This document shows positions 18,260-28,755 of a stretch of DNA of 64,000 nt, piece by piece; position 1 is the first letter of the stretch; every line of letters begins with the position of its first letter. Made by a program: the position numbers and the translations under genes. The notes under the pieces are model-generated. The model saw only the letters and a program-made list of their open reading frames with translations. It made no database searches and was not told the origin of the DNA. The stretch comes from Candidatus Aegiribacteria sp. (lineage in GTDB: Bacteria; Fermentibacterota; Fermentibacteria; Fermentibacterales; JCC-6), in NCBI GenBank assembly GCA_021108435.1, contig JAIOQY010000198.1, forward strand, positions 5,507-69,506, in the 5' to 3' direction.

Positions 18260-19090
18260 TTACAACGGGAATAAATTCTCTGACTCAGGAATCCTTCCCG
18301 GTTTTCTGTTCCTGTAGAAGTAGCTTCCTTTGAATCCGGTTTCTTCTAGAAGCTTCTTTCCTTTTTCAAGACCGAAGAAAACATGCGGCTCCCTATGAGT
18401 ATCTGACCCGGTGGTAATAAGTTCTCCGCCAATCCTGTGATAGAGATCGAGGATTAGTGGTGTAGGGTATGTGATATTTTCCTTCCGGCGCAGACCGGAT
18501 GTGTTCAATTCAAGCGCGATATTCCTGTCTATAATGGTCTCGAGAATACGTCGTATTGTATCGGGCCACAGCTTCAGTTCGTTGATATCATGCTTCAGAC
18601 CGGCCAGCGCCAGCCCTCTTCTGAAAAGACCCATATGCGCAAGTATATCCATATCTGCTTCTTCAACCATCTGCAGCGTTTCAATATAGTACTGCTCAAC
18701 GATTTCAAGAGGGTCTGCGCCCGCATAGACCTCTTTGCCCAGAACCATACCGATTCCCTGCAGTGAATGGAGCGCTCCTGTTATGAAATCATAACTGGAA
18801 TAATCAACAATGCTCTTAACCTTTTCCTCGTAAATATGGGGCTCCCCTACTTCTATTCCTTTCAGAACAAGCAGTCCTCTGCCGGATTTCTTCCTGGCAA
18901 GATTTATGGATTGATTGTAAATACTTTCTTCAAATCCTCCATAACAGTGATCCTCCGGATTAAGATCAACATGAGCAACAAACCCGATTCCGGCAAGATT
19001 TATTTCCATCCCCCGTACGACCAATTCACCTGCGGGTATATCGGCATCGGGTGAATCATCCGTATGTACATGCATGTCAATCAAAAACAA
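18260..19090 (-). CDS. PHP-domain metal-dependent phosphoesterase (histidinol-phosphatase family)
   Basis: 276 aa. N-terminal IDMHVHTDDSPDA and later His/Asp metal ligands (HVD, GALH, GSDTH). Start uncertain: TTG 19090, TTG 19084 or ATG 19075. Confidence 0.75.
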   Translation of the reverse strand: MFLIDMHVHTDDSPDADIPAGELVVRGMEINLAGIGFVAHVDLNPEDHCYGGFEESIYNQSINLARKKSGRGLLVLKGIEVGEPHIYEEKVKSIVDYSSYDFITGALHSLQGIGMVLGKEVYAGADPLEIVEQYYIETLQMVEEADMDILAHMGLFRRGLALAGLKHDINELKLWPDTIRRILETIIDRNIALELNTSGLRRKENITYPTPLILDLYHRIGGELITTGSDTHREPHVFFGLEKGKKLLEETGFKGSYFYRNRKPGRIPESENLFPL

Positions 19091-19205
19091 GATATTTTTC
19101 CCTTCAAACTCCGTAAATATACTGGTTGTCTCATTTGCTCAAGTTCGCTGTAATATATATATATTGATGTTGTTATGTTTTGTAATCACTGAAAGGATAT
19201 GCAGC

Positions 19206-20036
19206 ATGAAGCTTGTTTTTGTTCTTTGTCTTCTTGTGTCCGCACTGGCTTTCTCTCAAGCTGATCACCTTCTTCTTACTGAAATATGTGATACTCCCAC
19301 TGACGGAGAGTTCGTTGAGATCTACAACCCTACCGTATCAACAATCCCTCTGTCACTCGTGCATCTTACAGATCTTTATGGTGACAGTTCCTGTGTCGAC
19401 GATTTCTATCCTCAAATTGCTCTGGGACCGATTTCATATCAGAGTTCTTATGATTTCCTTGTGCAGTTCCCTTTGGGTGACGTAATCGCCCCCGGGGAAG
19501 TAATCGTTATCGCCATGAGCGGGTTAGCATTTGAAACGGAGTATGGTGTCCAGGCCGATTACGACATCAGAAGCACAGGCGGTGGCGCAACTCCCATGGT
19601 TGTACCGACTAACGGTTTTGCCGGTTCATCCGCAGGTTTTACAAACTCTGGCGAGACTATTACTATGTTCTTGTTCGATGATGCTTCCGACAGTGGCGAC
19701 CTCTGCTACGATATCGATTACGCTGTATGGGGAGACGATGCCGGTGAATTCGTTGACAAAAGTTATATCACGATCAACACTGCCTCATATCTCAATGACA
19801 CTCCTGAAGCAAGCCAGGATGCCATTTACTATACAGGGCACGCTTATGGAATGACTTTCCAGAGGGTGGATATGTACGAGGGAACCGAAACCCTTACTGG
19901 CGGAAACGGTTTAACCGGCCATGATGAGACCAGTGAAAACCTTAGCGTGACATGGCTTGAAGGGGAGCCGACTCCCGGTTTTCTCTACACAGCCCTCGAA
20001 CGCGAAACCTGGGGATCGATAAAGTCAACTTTCTGA
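19206..20036 (+). CDS. Secreted lamin-tail-domain (LTD)-like protein
   Basis: From ATG 19206 (AAAGGA upstream): signal peptide MKLVFVLCLLVSALAFSQA, then LLLTEICDTPTDGEFVEIYNPT typical of LTD domains. Ends ...LERETWGSIKSTF. Confidence 0.7.
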   Translation: MKLVFVLCLLVSALAFSQADHLLLTEICDTPTDGEFVEIYNPTVSTIPLSLVHLTDLYGDSSCVDDFYPQIALGPISYQSSYDFLVQFPLGDVIAPGEVIVIAMSGLAFETEYGVQADYDIRSTGGGATPMVVPTNGFAGSSAGFTNSGETITMFLFDDASDSGDLCYDIDYAVWGDDAGEFVDKSYITINTASYLNDTPEASQDAIYYTGHAYGMTFQRVDMYEGTETLTGGNGLTGHDETSENLSVTWLEGEPTPGFLYTALERETWGSIKSTF

Positions 20037-20053
20037 CCTTCGGTTCTTAGACT

Positions 20054-20088
20054 GCATATCTACGGGGACATGCACGCTCTGGTGCGTG
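20054..20088 (+). terminator. Rho-independent terminator candidate between convergent genes
   Basis: GGGGACAtGCACGC-tctg-GtGCGTGTCCCC followed by GTTTTAT. Confidence 0.6.
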
Positions 20089-20103
20089 TCCCCGTTTTAT
20101 ATC

Positions 20104-20781
20104 TCAGTAGGTTACCGCTAACCCGACAAGTACCATGCCCCTTGCAAGATCAAGCGGAAAGGAGAACTGGAACAGGATGGATTCAGGTAAGTATGCCCTG
20201 TTTGCGTTCTGACCGCCAGAACCTCTCAGTTCATAGCTGCAGCCGGTTCGTATACAGGAAAAGAATGAATTTTCAACCAGATCCCAGTCATGTCCTCCGT
20301 CGTCCGTCTTCGGGATATTAGCAAGATCTGGCCCGTATCCTGCGTCACATCCTACAAAAATCTCCAGATCACGATCGAAGCGGTGTCCAGCGCAAAGTGA
20401 AATTCTCGGCAGCATGACCTGCATTGGAATAATGTAATTCATATTAAGCAGCGCAGATACCGCAGTTGGGTTCGAAGGCGGCATCAGGTTGTATTTTACG
20501 AAGGGGCCAACGCCATACCCGAACGACGATGCTCCAAGATCAATCCTGTCGGTCGCGCCTGTGGCAATACTTATTGATGGATATGCCTGAAGGAAATCTA
20601 TCCTGTTGTCTTCAGCCTCGCTTTTCGATTCGGCCGAAAAATAAGCCGGAAGTGTTACTCCTCCTGTCGCTGTAAGGTGATTCTCCCCAAGTGTGTGCGC
20701 CCCCTGCATGGCTCCATAGTAGCATGATGAAAGCATCATTAAAAGTACAAGAAAAGAAAAGAGTATTCTGCTCATGTTCAA
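20104..20781 (-). CDS. Putative outer-membrane lipoprotein / small beta-barrel-like protein
   Basis: 225 aa. Signal peptide with a lipobox-like LSSC, Gly/aromatic-rich alternating sequence, and aromatic C-terminus ...GLAVTY. No family recognised. Confidence 0.5.
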   Translation of the reverse strand: MNMSRILFSFLVLLMMLSSCYYGAMQGAHTLGENHLTATGGVTLPAYFSAESKSEAEDNRIDFLQAYPSISIATGATDRIDLGASSFGYGVGPFVKYNLMPPSNPTAVSALLNMNYIIPMQVMLPRISLCAGHRFDRDLEIFVGCDAGYGPDLANIPKTDDGGHDWDLVENSFFSCIRTGCSYELRGSGGQNANRAYLPESILFQFSFPLDLARGMVLVGLAVTY

Positions 20782-20917
20782 CCCTCCTGAATAATTCTTT
20801 TCGAAGATACTCTACTGACCGTTCGCTAGAAAGGGTGGAAAGCGCTGGACTGACTTTGTCTGATGTAGTATCTGTTCATTCAGACTGGAACTCTTGTTTT
20901 TTCGGAAAGGATTTCTC

Positions 20918-21568
20918 ATGAAAAGAAAAGTGGCATTTGTACTCAGCGGTAGTGGTGTAAAGGACGGCACGGAGATTCATGAAGCTGTTTCCGCTCTTAT
21001 CGCTCTTGACAGAGCGGGTTACGACATAATCTTCACCGCTCCGGATATAGAGCAGACAGCTTCTGTTGATCACTATGCAGAAAAGCCGGAACGTGAAACC
21101 AGAAATGCTCTTGTGGAAGCAGCAAGAATAGCCAGGGGGAATATTAAACCTCTTGCAGACCTCTCGCCTGATGAATACGATGCCGTTGTTTTCCCAGGAG
21201 GTTTCGGTGCGGCTCTGACGCTTTGCTCATTCGCACGGGATGGGGCTGAATGCTCCGTTAATCAGGAAGTCAGAAAGCTGATCAATGAAGCAATGAAAGA
21301 CGGAAAACCGATTGCGGCAATGTGCATCGCTCCTGTAATCCTCGCAAGAGTAATTCCGGGTGCAAGACTGACTATCGGTTCTCATCCTGAAACTGCTGAT
21401 GCCATTAATGTAATGGGAGCCGTTCATGTGAATTGTCCTGTCAACGACTCCGTTGTGGATATTGAAAGAAAAATTGTCACTACTCCTGCATATATGCTCG
21501 CGAGCGGTCCCGCTGAGGTCTTCGAGGGCGCTGTAAGTATGGTTGAAAAACTCGGGGAGCTTTTCTGA
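20918..21568 (+). CDS. elbB: ElbB-type DJ-1/PfpI-family protein (glyoxalase III-like)
   Basis: From ATG 20918: MKRKVAFVLSGSGVKDGTEIHEAV...ETRNALVEAARIARG...PGGFGAA...MCIAP...KIVTTPAYM. This is collinear with E. coli ElbB as I recall it. Confidence 0.88.
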   Translation: MKRKVAFVLSGSGVKDGTEIHEAVSALIALDRAGYDIIFTAPDIEQTASVDHYAEKPERETRNALVEAARIARGNIKPLADLSPDEYDAVVFPGGFGAALTLCSFARDGAECSVNQEVRKLINEAMKDGKPIAAMCIAPVILARVIPGARLTIGSHPETADAINVMGAVHVNCPVNDSVVDIERKIVTTPAYMLASGPAEVFEGAVSMVEKLGELF

Positions 21569-21585
21569 GACAGTCACATAGCGAA

Positions 21586-21616
21586 CTGCGGGGAAGCTTT
21601 TGCTTCTCCGCAGTTT
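21586..21616 (+). terminator. Rho-independent terminator candidate
   Basis: CTGCGGGGAAGC-TTTT-GCTTCTCCGCAG followed by TTT. It sits between convergent elbB and the secreted-protein gene. Confidence 0.6.
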
Positions 21617-21639
21617 CCTGTGAAAAGATGTTTCGGTGT

Positions 21640-22236
21640 TTAGAATGCAGCCTTGATATCAGCCCAGGTTCCGCTTTCTAGAGATACGGTTCCAGGCACG
21701 TAAATTGTCGCTCCATCGGGAGCAATAATCGTCATATCATCAACCCAGATGATGTCACCCGGATTTGAGTATACCCTTGCTTCAATAACAAGACCTGTAT
21801 GGCCTTCCACAACAGTCCAAGTATAGGATGTTTCATCCCAGCCTTCCCCGGTTCCGTATTCACCGTTGCCGCTTGCGCTTCCGTTGTGCCCGTACACGTC
21901 ATCCGGGTCGTCGTTCCAGTGCGCCCAGATTCGGCAGGAGGGTGGGACTCCCGGGGTTACGTCGTACCGCCAGAAACTTCCTGTAACTTCATCGCCATCC
22001 GAAAGTCCTACAATCCATGCTACAAATGCCTGGGGAGTACTTTCAGCAACACGCTCAAGGTAAAGAGACTGGGAGCCTCCGTGTACAGGGTCAGTAGCAA
22101 TCTGAGCTATTACACCGTTCTCCGGATACATGCCCAGAATTGTTTCGGTTCCTTCCCAGCCGTAGTTCACCGTTTGAACAGCGCTCGCAATCTGAACAAA
22201 TGCGAAAATCATAGAAAGCATTAATACTTTTTTCAT
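21640..22236 (-). CDS. Secreted protein, probable beta-sandwich (carbohydrate-binding-like) fold
   Basis: 198 aa. Signal peptide MKKVLMLSMIFAFVQIASA, Trp/Gly/Asp-rich mature part, and an end ...SLESGTWADIKAAF that matches the tail of the 19206-20036 product. Confidence 0.6.
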   Translation of the reverse strand: MKKVLMLSMIFAFVQIASAVQTVNYGWEGTETILGMYPENGVIAQIATDPVHGGSQSLYLERVAESTPQAFVAWIVGLSDGDEVTGSFWRYDVTPGVPPSCRIWAHWNDDPDDVYGHNGSASGNGEYGTGEGWDETSYTWTVVEGHTGLVIEARVYSNPGDIIWVDDMTIIAPDGATIYVPGTVSLESGTWADIKAAF

Positions 22237-22487
22237 TTCTTTCCTTTCGTGTTAATTTCAAAGCAGTTTTCAATCGCTAATTGATAAGCTATTCGAGCAT
22301 GAATATCAAGACCCGTTGCTTCGTTATCTGAATTCCAGAACATTCCATTCACAAACAATATGACAGCATTGTTAAGGGAGTATTAACAAAGGAACGATTA
22401 TTCAGAAGCAATTTTGTTTAATCAATTATATATTAGGATAAGTCTATATCAGGTCAATAAAGTTTAGATAGTTAAGTCCGACCTTGG

Positions 22488-23126
22488 TCAGGCGCGGTTT
22501 TTCTCCCGTTTTTCCTCCACCATTTCCTTAACCTTCATAAGCCTTGTAAGGTTTCCGCGCTCCATTTCGTCCAGCTTCAATCTGACAGATCTTATAGCTT
22601 CTTCAAGTTCAGGAATCAGCTTGTACTCAAGAGCGTTTACCCTCCTCCTGGTTGTATCAATTTCTCTTGCAAGAAGACTGATAGCCTTTTCCTGTTCCGC
22701 CAGTTTCACGATATGGGGCAGTATTCTTTTGTAAACTTCCAGAGCTTCATCAAGCTCCGCTGGTGTGTCAAATATTCCGTAATTACGAACATTCCCCTCT
22801 ATGGAGACCTCAAATACGGGAAGAATCAGGTTCATGATCTTCCTCTTGGAGGTCTGCACCTTCGCTGCCGCTCCGGGATATCTAAGAGCATCGAGAAGAC
22901 CCGGTTCCGTCATCGCGGCTCTCGCGAAGAGGAACTCGCCGTAAGCAATACTGAGTTCCTTTTCAAGCTTGCTCCTTGCTCCTTCATATTCCTTTATCAA
23001 TATTTTGAACTGGCGCATAAGTTCGTCGAGTTTGTCCTTCAGAAGTTTATGACCCCTCCTGGCCAGAGCAATTTTTTTCCGGAGCTGAAGAAGCTCCATC
23101 CTTGTGGCTCGAACCTTTATCGCCAT
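22488..23126 (-). CDS. ntpD: V-type ATP synthase subunit D
   Basis: 212 aa coiled-coil protein starting [32 protein letters not shown]. It is last in the ntp gene order. Confidence 0.9.
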   Translation of the reverse strand: MAIKVRATRMELLQLRKKIALARRGHKLLKDKLDELMRQFKILIKEYEGARSKLEKELSIAYGEFLFARAAMTEPGLLDALRYPGAAAKVQTSKRKIMNLILPVFEVSIEGNVRNYGIFDTPAELDEALEVYKRILPHIVKLAEQEKAISLLAREIDTTRRRVNALEYKLIPELEEAIRSVRLKLDEMERGNLTRLMKVKEMVEEKREKNRA

Positions 23127-24532
23127 CAGCTGCCCTCTGTCTTTTTCCTGTCGGAAGCAGGCCAGTATTTATCAAGACGTTTTGGATCAATTCGTTTCAT
23201 TTCTTCTCTTGGAAGAAGCTTCAGAAGCTCCCAGCCAAGGTCAAGAGTTTCATCTATATTCCTGTTTTCATGGTTTCCCTGGCTGATGTAACGCTTTTCA
23301 TATTCCTCAGCGAATTTCAGGTACTTCTGATCAAGCGGGCTCAATGCGGCCGCGCCAAGGATAACTGCCAGTTCTCTGGCGTCTTTCCCGGCCGAGTATG
23401 CTGCCATGAGCTGGTTGAAGAGGTCTGCGTGGTCTCCGCGTGTTTTTCCCTCGCCAATACCTTTATCCTTGAGTCTCGAAAGAGATTCCATAACATCCAT
23501 AGGAGGATAGATACCCTTCTTATGAAGTTCTCTGCTGAGGATCAGCTGACCCTCGGTGATATAGCCGGTAAGGTCGGGAATAGGATGAGTCTTGTCATCT
23601 TCCGGCATAGTAAGAATGGGAATCTGTGTAATTGATCCTTTTCTGCCCTTGATTCTTCCCGCCCGTTCGTAGATCGACGCAAGATCCGTGTAAAGGTAAC
23701 CTGGATAACCCCGCCTTCCGGGAACTTCTTTCCTGGCAGCGGCTATCTCTCTGAGAGCATCACAGTAATTAGTCATATCTGTCATAATAACAAGGATATG
23801 CATATCTTTCTCGTAAGCAAGGTATTCCGCTGCTGTCAGCGCCATTCTCGGTGTTGAGATACGCTCGATGGCAGGATCATCCGCCAGGTTCATGAAAACA
23901 ACCGCCCTGTCCATGGCTCCTGTCGAACGAAAATCACGGATGAAGTAATCGGCTTCCTCAAATGTAATTCCCATCGCAGCGAAGACCACAGCAAAACTTT
24001 CCTCACCTCCACACACATGGGCCTGACGTGCGATCTGAGCCGCAACAATGGAATGCGGAAGTCCGTTACCGCTGAATATCGGAAGCTTCTGCCCTCTCAC
24101 CAGCGTATTGATTCCGTCAATGGAACTGAAACCGGTTTGAATGAACTCGGCCGGATAATCCCTTGCGTAAGGATTGATAGGAGCTCCGTTTATGTTCACC
24201 ATCTTTTCGGGAACTATGGGAGGAGCTGTATCAAAAGGAGCTCTTGGACGTCCCTGTCCATCGAATACTCTGCCGAGCATCTCCTCTGAAACACCAAGCT
24301 CTACCTGCTTCCCGAGGAAGCGGACCTTGCTTCTGGAGATATCCGTACCGCTGCTCCCTTCGAATAGCTGTACGAGAGCCATGCGGCTGTCTATCTCGAG
24401 AACTTTCCCGTGACGGATCTCTCCATTGGGAAGCTCTATTTCCACCAGTTCTTCGTAAGCTACACCCTCAACGCTGTCAACAAGCATCAGAGGGCCGGAT
24501 ATCTCAACGGTCGTTGTGTATTCTCTGATCAT
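23126..24532 (-). CDS. ntpB: V-type ATP synthase subunit B
   Basis: 468 aa with A/V-type B-subunit blocks ([24 protein letters not shown]). Confidence 0.95.
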   Translation of the reverse strand: MIREYTTTVEISGPLMLVDSVEGVAYEELVEIELPNGEIRHGKVLEIDSRMALVQLFEGSSGTDISRSKVRFLGKQVELGVSEEMLGRVFDGQGRPRAPFDTAPPIVPEKMVNINGAPINPYARDYPAEFIQTGFSSIDGINTLVRGQKLPIFSGNGLPHSIVAAQIARQAHVCGGEESFAVVFAAMGITFEEADYFIRDFRSTGAMDRAVVFMNLADDPAIERISTPRMALTAAEYLAYEKDMHILVIMTDMTNYCDALREIAAARKEVPGRRGYPGYLYTDLASIYERAGRIKGRKGSITQIPILTMPEDDKTHPIPDLTGYITEGQLILSRELHKKGIYPPMDVMESLSRLKDKGIGEGKTRGDHADLFNQLMAAYSAGKDARELAVILGAAALSPLDQKYLKFAEEYEKRYISQGNHENRNIDETLDLGWELLKLLPREEMKRIDPKRLDKYWPASDRKKTEGS

Positions 24533-24546
24533 ATCCCATTGCCCCC

Positions 24547-26316
24547 TCAGGCGGTCTGTTCCTTCTCGATCAGACCGTTGATCTGTGAAGTTACATGTTC
24601 TTTGATTGCAGAAATATCGGAGAGATTATCCTCATGGATATATCTCATTCTGTTAATTTCCTCTTTCAGAGGCAGGGTGAACAGTTCTCTCGGATATACT
24701 CCTGCATGCAGTGCCTTTTCCATTTCACCGTGTGTGTGCATTATTACCTCCATCATGATCTTCTGTTTTGTGATGGATGTATAAGTATCAACTTCATGGA
24801 AAGCGTTCTGATGAAGGAAATCCTCCCTCAGAGATCTTGCAGTGTATAGAATCAGCTGGTCCTCGGGGGAAAGAGATTCGGCTCCGACCAGACGGGCTAT
24901 TTCCATAAGATTTGCCTCCCGCTGTAGAAGGGCCATTGCTTCCTTCATCATCAGAACCCATTCATCTCCAAGCTCTCTGTTGTAGTACTCTTTCAGATTG
25001 TCTGCGTAGAGAGAGTAGCTGTCAAGCCATCCAATAGCCGGGAAGTGCCTTGCATACGCAAGTTTTGCCTCCAGGCTCCAGAAGACCTTAACAACCCTGA
25101 GTGTTGCCTGTACAACCGGGTCTGAAAGGTCTCCGCCGGCAGGGCTGACAGCGCCGACAACCGTAAGGGCTCCGTTTCTGTCTCCTCCGATACATTGCAC
25201 ATTCCCTGCCCGTTCGTAGAATTCAGCAATCCTCGTTCCCAGATATGCGGGATATCCCTCTTCTCCCGGCATTTCTTCGAGTCTTCCGGACATCTCTCTC
25301 ATCGCTTCTGCCCACCTGCTTGTGGAATCAGCCATCAGAGCAACCGAATAACCCATATCCCTGAAATACTCACCGATGGTTATGCCGGTATAAACGCTTG
25401 CCTCTCGTGCAGCAACGGGCATGTTGCTTGTATTTGCTACAAGTACTGTTCTGAGAATCAGTGGTTTGCCGCTCTTGGGATCTTCAAGTTCAGGGAATTC
25501 CTGAAGAACGTCTGTCATTTCGTTTCCCCGCTCGCCGCATCCGACGTAAACGACTATTTCCGCGTCAGCCCACTTGGCGAGCTGGTGCTGGATAACGGTC
25601 TTTCCACTGCCGAACGGTCCTGGAACGCAGGCTGTTCCGCCTTTTCCAAGAGGGAAGAAAGCGTCAATGACTCTCTGGCCGGTTATAAGAGGTTCCACGG
25701 GAGCTCTTTTCTCAGCTACGGGCCGCGGTTTTCGAACAGGCCAGTTATGGTACATGCAAAGTTCCCTTGTTTCTCCTGAAGGCTCCTTAACCTTTGCTAC
25801 GATAGTGTCTATATTGTACACGCCTTCATCTATCATCCAGGTAATTTCCCCTTTGACCTCCGGGGGAACCATGACTTTATGCACAATTACTTCGGTTTCT
25901 GGAACTTCTCCCAATATCTCACCACCGGAGACTTCCATACCTTCATTTGCAACAGGCTTGAAATTCCATTCCTTCTTGTGATCAAGACCTCTGATGCTGA
26001 TTCCTCTTGTTATCCAGTCTCCCGCTTCTTCGCGTATCTTGTCCAGTGAGCGCTGGATACCGTCGTATATCGCCGTAAGAAGACCCGGACCGAGTTCAAC
26101 CGAAAGGGGTTCTCCTGTAGCTACGACAGGATCTCCCGGTTTAAGTCCTCCGGTTTCTTCATACACCTGAATAGACGCTCTGTTACCCTTCAGTTCGATG
26201 ATCTCGCCTATCAAAGAGTAGTCTGACACATAGACCAGGTCGAACATCCTGGCGTCTTTCATTCCGTCCGCGACAACAAGCGGACCCGCTATCTTATCGA
26301 TTGTTCCCTTTATCAT
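24547..26316 (-). CDS. ntpA: V-type ATP synthase catalytic subunit A
   Basis: 589 aa. Walker A GPFGSGKT, the non-homologous insert typical of A subunits, and GEEGYPAYL. Confidence 0.95.
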   Translation of the reverse strand: MIKGTIDKIAGPLVVADGMKDARMFDLVYVSDYSLIGEIIELKGNRASIQVYEETGGLKPGDPVVATGEPLSVELGPGLLTAIYDGIQRSLDKIREEAGDWITRGISIRGLDHKKEWNFKPVANEGMEVSGGEILGEVPETEVIVHKVMVPPEVKGEITWMIDEGVYNIDTIVAKVKEPSGETRELCMYHNWPVRKPRPVAEKRAPVEPLITGQRVIDAFFPLGKGGTACVPGPFGSGKTVIQHQLAKWADAEIVVYVGCGERGNEMTDVLQEFPELEDPKSGKPLILRTVLVANTSNMPVAAREASVYTGITIGEYFRDMGYSVALMADSTSRWAEAMREMSGRLEEMPGEEGYPAYLGTRIAEFYERAGNVQCIGGDRNGALTVVGAVSPAGGDLSDPVVQATLRVVKVFWSLEAKLAYARHFPAIGWLDSYSLYADNLKEYYNRELGDEWVLMMKEAMALLQREANLMEIARLVGAESLSPEDQLILYTARSLREDFLHQNAFHEVDTYTSITKQKIMMEVIMHTHGEMEKALHAGVYPRELFTLPLKEEINRMRYIHEDNLSDISAIKEHVTSQINGLIEKEQTA

Positions 26317-26352
26317 CCATCGCCTCCGGCAGGTTTTACCCGGTCCCTGAGC

Positions 26353-26682
26353 TTACTTCTGTTCATCTGACATCAAATCCACTCCAACAGCCCTTATTAT
26401 GAGTTCTCTGATTGTATCCTCGCCACGTTTCAGCGTTCCTGTTATACCCGGAAGAACCACTACAGCCGGAATGGCCATATGCATAACTTCTTCCATCTGT
26501 TCCTGCAGATAATCCATCATTTTCTCGGTAATCATGATAACCGAAGTTTTATGCTTCACTAATCTTTCGAATTGTTTCCTCGCGTCATCAGCGTCATCCG
26601 GGACGATAGTTTCGACTCCCAGAGCCCTGAAACCAAGTACGCTGTCAGCGTCTCCAAGAAAGGCTATCTCGCCATGCGGCAT
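26353..26682 (-). CDS. ntpG: V-type ATP synthase subunit F
   Basis: 109 aa (IAFLGDADSVLGFRALGV...). Its position between C and A matches the ntp operon order. Confidence 0.8.
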   Translation of the reverse strand: MPHGEIAFLGDADSVLGFRALGVETIVPDDADDARKQFERLVKHKTSVIMITEKMMDYLQEQMEEVMHMAIPAVVVLPGITGTLKRGEDTIRELIIRAVGVDLMSDEQK

Positions 26683-26691
26683 ACTGTGCTC

Positions 26692-27666
26692 CTATCCCCT
26701 TGGCAGGCGTTTCTGAAGCCTGCTCGAATCAACCCCGGCGATTTTCGCTGCGACCAGAAGCTTGAGATGTTTGATTTCCATCTCCCTTCTGATAACAAAT
26801 GCTGCCAGCGGGGATGGGCCGAAAACAGGGAAAGCCCCTTTTTCAAGTAGCTCCAGAAGCTGTCTATCGCACTCTTTTTCAAAAGCGAAGAAAGAACCGG
26901 AATCAAGAGCTTCTGCGAAAGCCCTGGCAGGTTCATCAAAACCGGGAGTCTCCGCTATGAGCATGGGAAGTGTATTCCTCTGATATGCTTCGGCAATTTC
27001 CTCTCCTGAATGGTATCCGCCCAGAAGCAGCAATTCCTGAACATTCTGTTTTGAAGATCCTGCAAGCTTGCATCGACCGGCGGTAAGGAAATTCTTCTGC
27101 TCAAGTCCTGTCATTACAAACGTCCTGAACCCGGAGCTTATGCGGGGAAGTTCTTCATATTCAACCTCTGCCGCAAGATTATCCATTGAACGATCCAGAT
27201 CGGGGCCACTGATCCCTTCCGTTTCAAGAAGCTCCTCCAGAGTTTCTCTGAAAAGACCCGGCAGCTCTTCCCTTGCGGAAGCGTTGTGTACCGCCTTTTC
27301 CAGTATATCCACAGGTATCAGCCCAGGTCGTTCAATTTCGATTTCCCCTGGAGTTCTCTGAACGGTAAGCTGATTCTTCCATATATATCTGGCATTTCTG
27401 ACGTCTCTTCTGTGAAGAAGCCCTCTGGTCAGTCTATCGTCTTCCGAAAGCTCTACAAGTTCTTCCTCTGTAACCTCCATTGCATTGATGAAGCAGCCTT
27501 CAAGGCTATGATGCTGCATGAAGCCTCCATACCAGGTGTCTCCAAGAAATCGAAGCACTTCTTCTTCATTCTGCGCGGATATGAGCATCTGCCACATTCG
27601 TTCGTCCAGCAATGTATTTTCCTTGCCGCTTATTCTTCCGTTGGCATATATGAAGCTATCCGGCAT
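26692..27666 (-). CDS. ntpC: V-type ATP synthase subunit C (eukaryotic d homolog)
   Basis: 324 aa all-helical protein in the conserved position between E and F. Confidence 0.8.
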   Translation of the reverse strand: MPDSFIYANGRISGKENTLLDERMWQMLISAQNEEEVLRFLGDTWYGGFMQHHSLEGCFINAMEVTEEELVELSEDDRLTRGLLHRRDVRNARYIWKNQLTVQRTPGEIEIERPGLIPVDILEKAVHNASAREELPGLFRETLEELLETEGISGPDLDRSMDNLAAEVEYEELPRISSGFRTFVMTGLEQKNFLTAGRCKLAGSSKQNVQELLLLGGYHSGEEIAEAYQRNTLPMLIAETPGFDEPARAFAEALDSGSFFAFEKECDRQLLELLEKGAFPVFGPSPLAAFVIRREMEIKHLKLLVAAKIAGVDSSRLQKRLPRG

Positions 27667-27669
27667 TTT

Positions 27670-28257
27670 TCAATCCATCTCCAGAGGTATAATCTGAGAA
27701 AGCTCCATTACAAGCTTTTCATGAATCAGTTCCGCTATCATCGGGAAAGTACCGTTCTGGCTTATCCTGCCAGCACGTAAGATGATGCCGCCTGTTTCTT
27801 TATGCCTGCTATCCGATAGGACATATTTCCTTGAATCCGTGGAATGTTTCTTCAGGAACTTCGCTGTAATTCGTGATTCATCCACAGAAGAAATCAGAAC
27901 TTCAATTTCTCCTTCAATATCACAGTTGTCAAGAAGCGATGCTATCATTTCAAGGTAACTCTCGGTGCTTTCTGATGACAGGTTCTCAACAGCCTTTCGG
28001 ATTGCTTCATCCATAAGAGCTCTCCGGGTATTCATCAGTTTTCTGACTGATTCCCTTTGAACGTGGTATTCCTTTCGCTTCTGCATATCCTGAACCTTTG
28101 TATTTATCCTGTCCAGATTTTTCCTGCGCTTTTCTTCTATCTCTCCGGCCTGTTTTTCTTTTTCTTTCTCTCTTTCTCTTTCCGCTTCCCCGCGGATGAT
28201 ATTCGCTTCCTTTTCCGCGTCTGCCTCTATTTTTGAAAGGATTGCTTCGAGAGACAT
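27670..28257 (-). CDS. ntpE: V-type ATP synthase subunit E
   Basis: 195 aa with a charged N-terminal helix (EAEREREKEKEKQ) and a globular C-terminal part, in the conserved position. Confidence 0.8.
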   Translation of the reverse strand: MSLEAILSKIEADAEKEANIIRGEAEREREKEKEKQAGEIEEKRRKNLDRINTKVQDMQKRKEYHVQRESVRKLMNTRRALMDEAIRKAVENLSSESTESYLEMIASLLDNCDIEGEIEVLISSVDESRITAKFLKKHSTDSRKYVLSDSRHKETGGIILRAGRISQNGTFPMIAELIHEKLVMELSQIIPLEMD

Positions 28258-28264
28258 TTCCTGA

Positions 28265-28714
<450 letters not shown>

Positions 28715-28755
28715 TCAATATCTCCTTTCTCTCTAAACGGAAAGAGTCTTATTTA

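Noticed and set aside
28120-28210. CT/GA-rich low-complexity run (tttctttttctttctctctttctctttcc).
   Set aside because: It is the coding sequence of the charged EREREKEKEKQ helix of V-ATPase subunit E, not a microsatellite or regulatory repeat.
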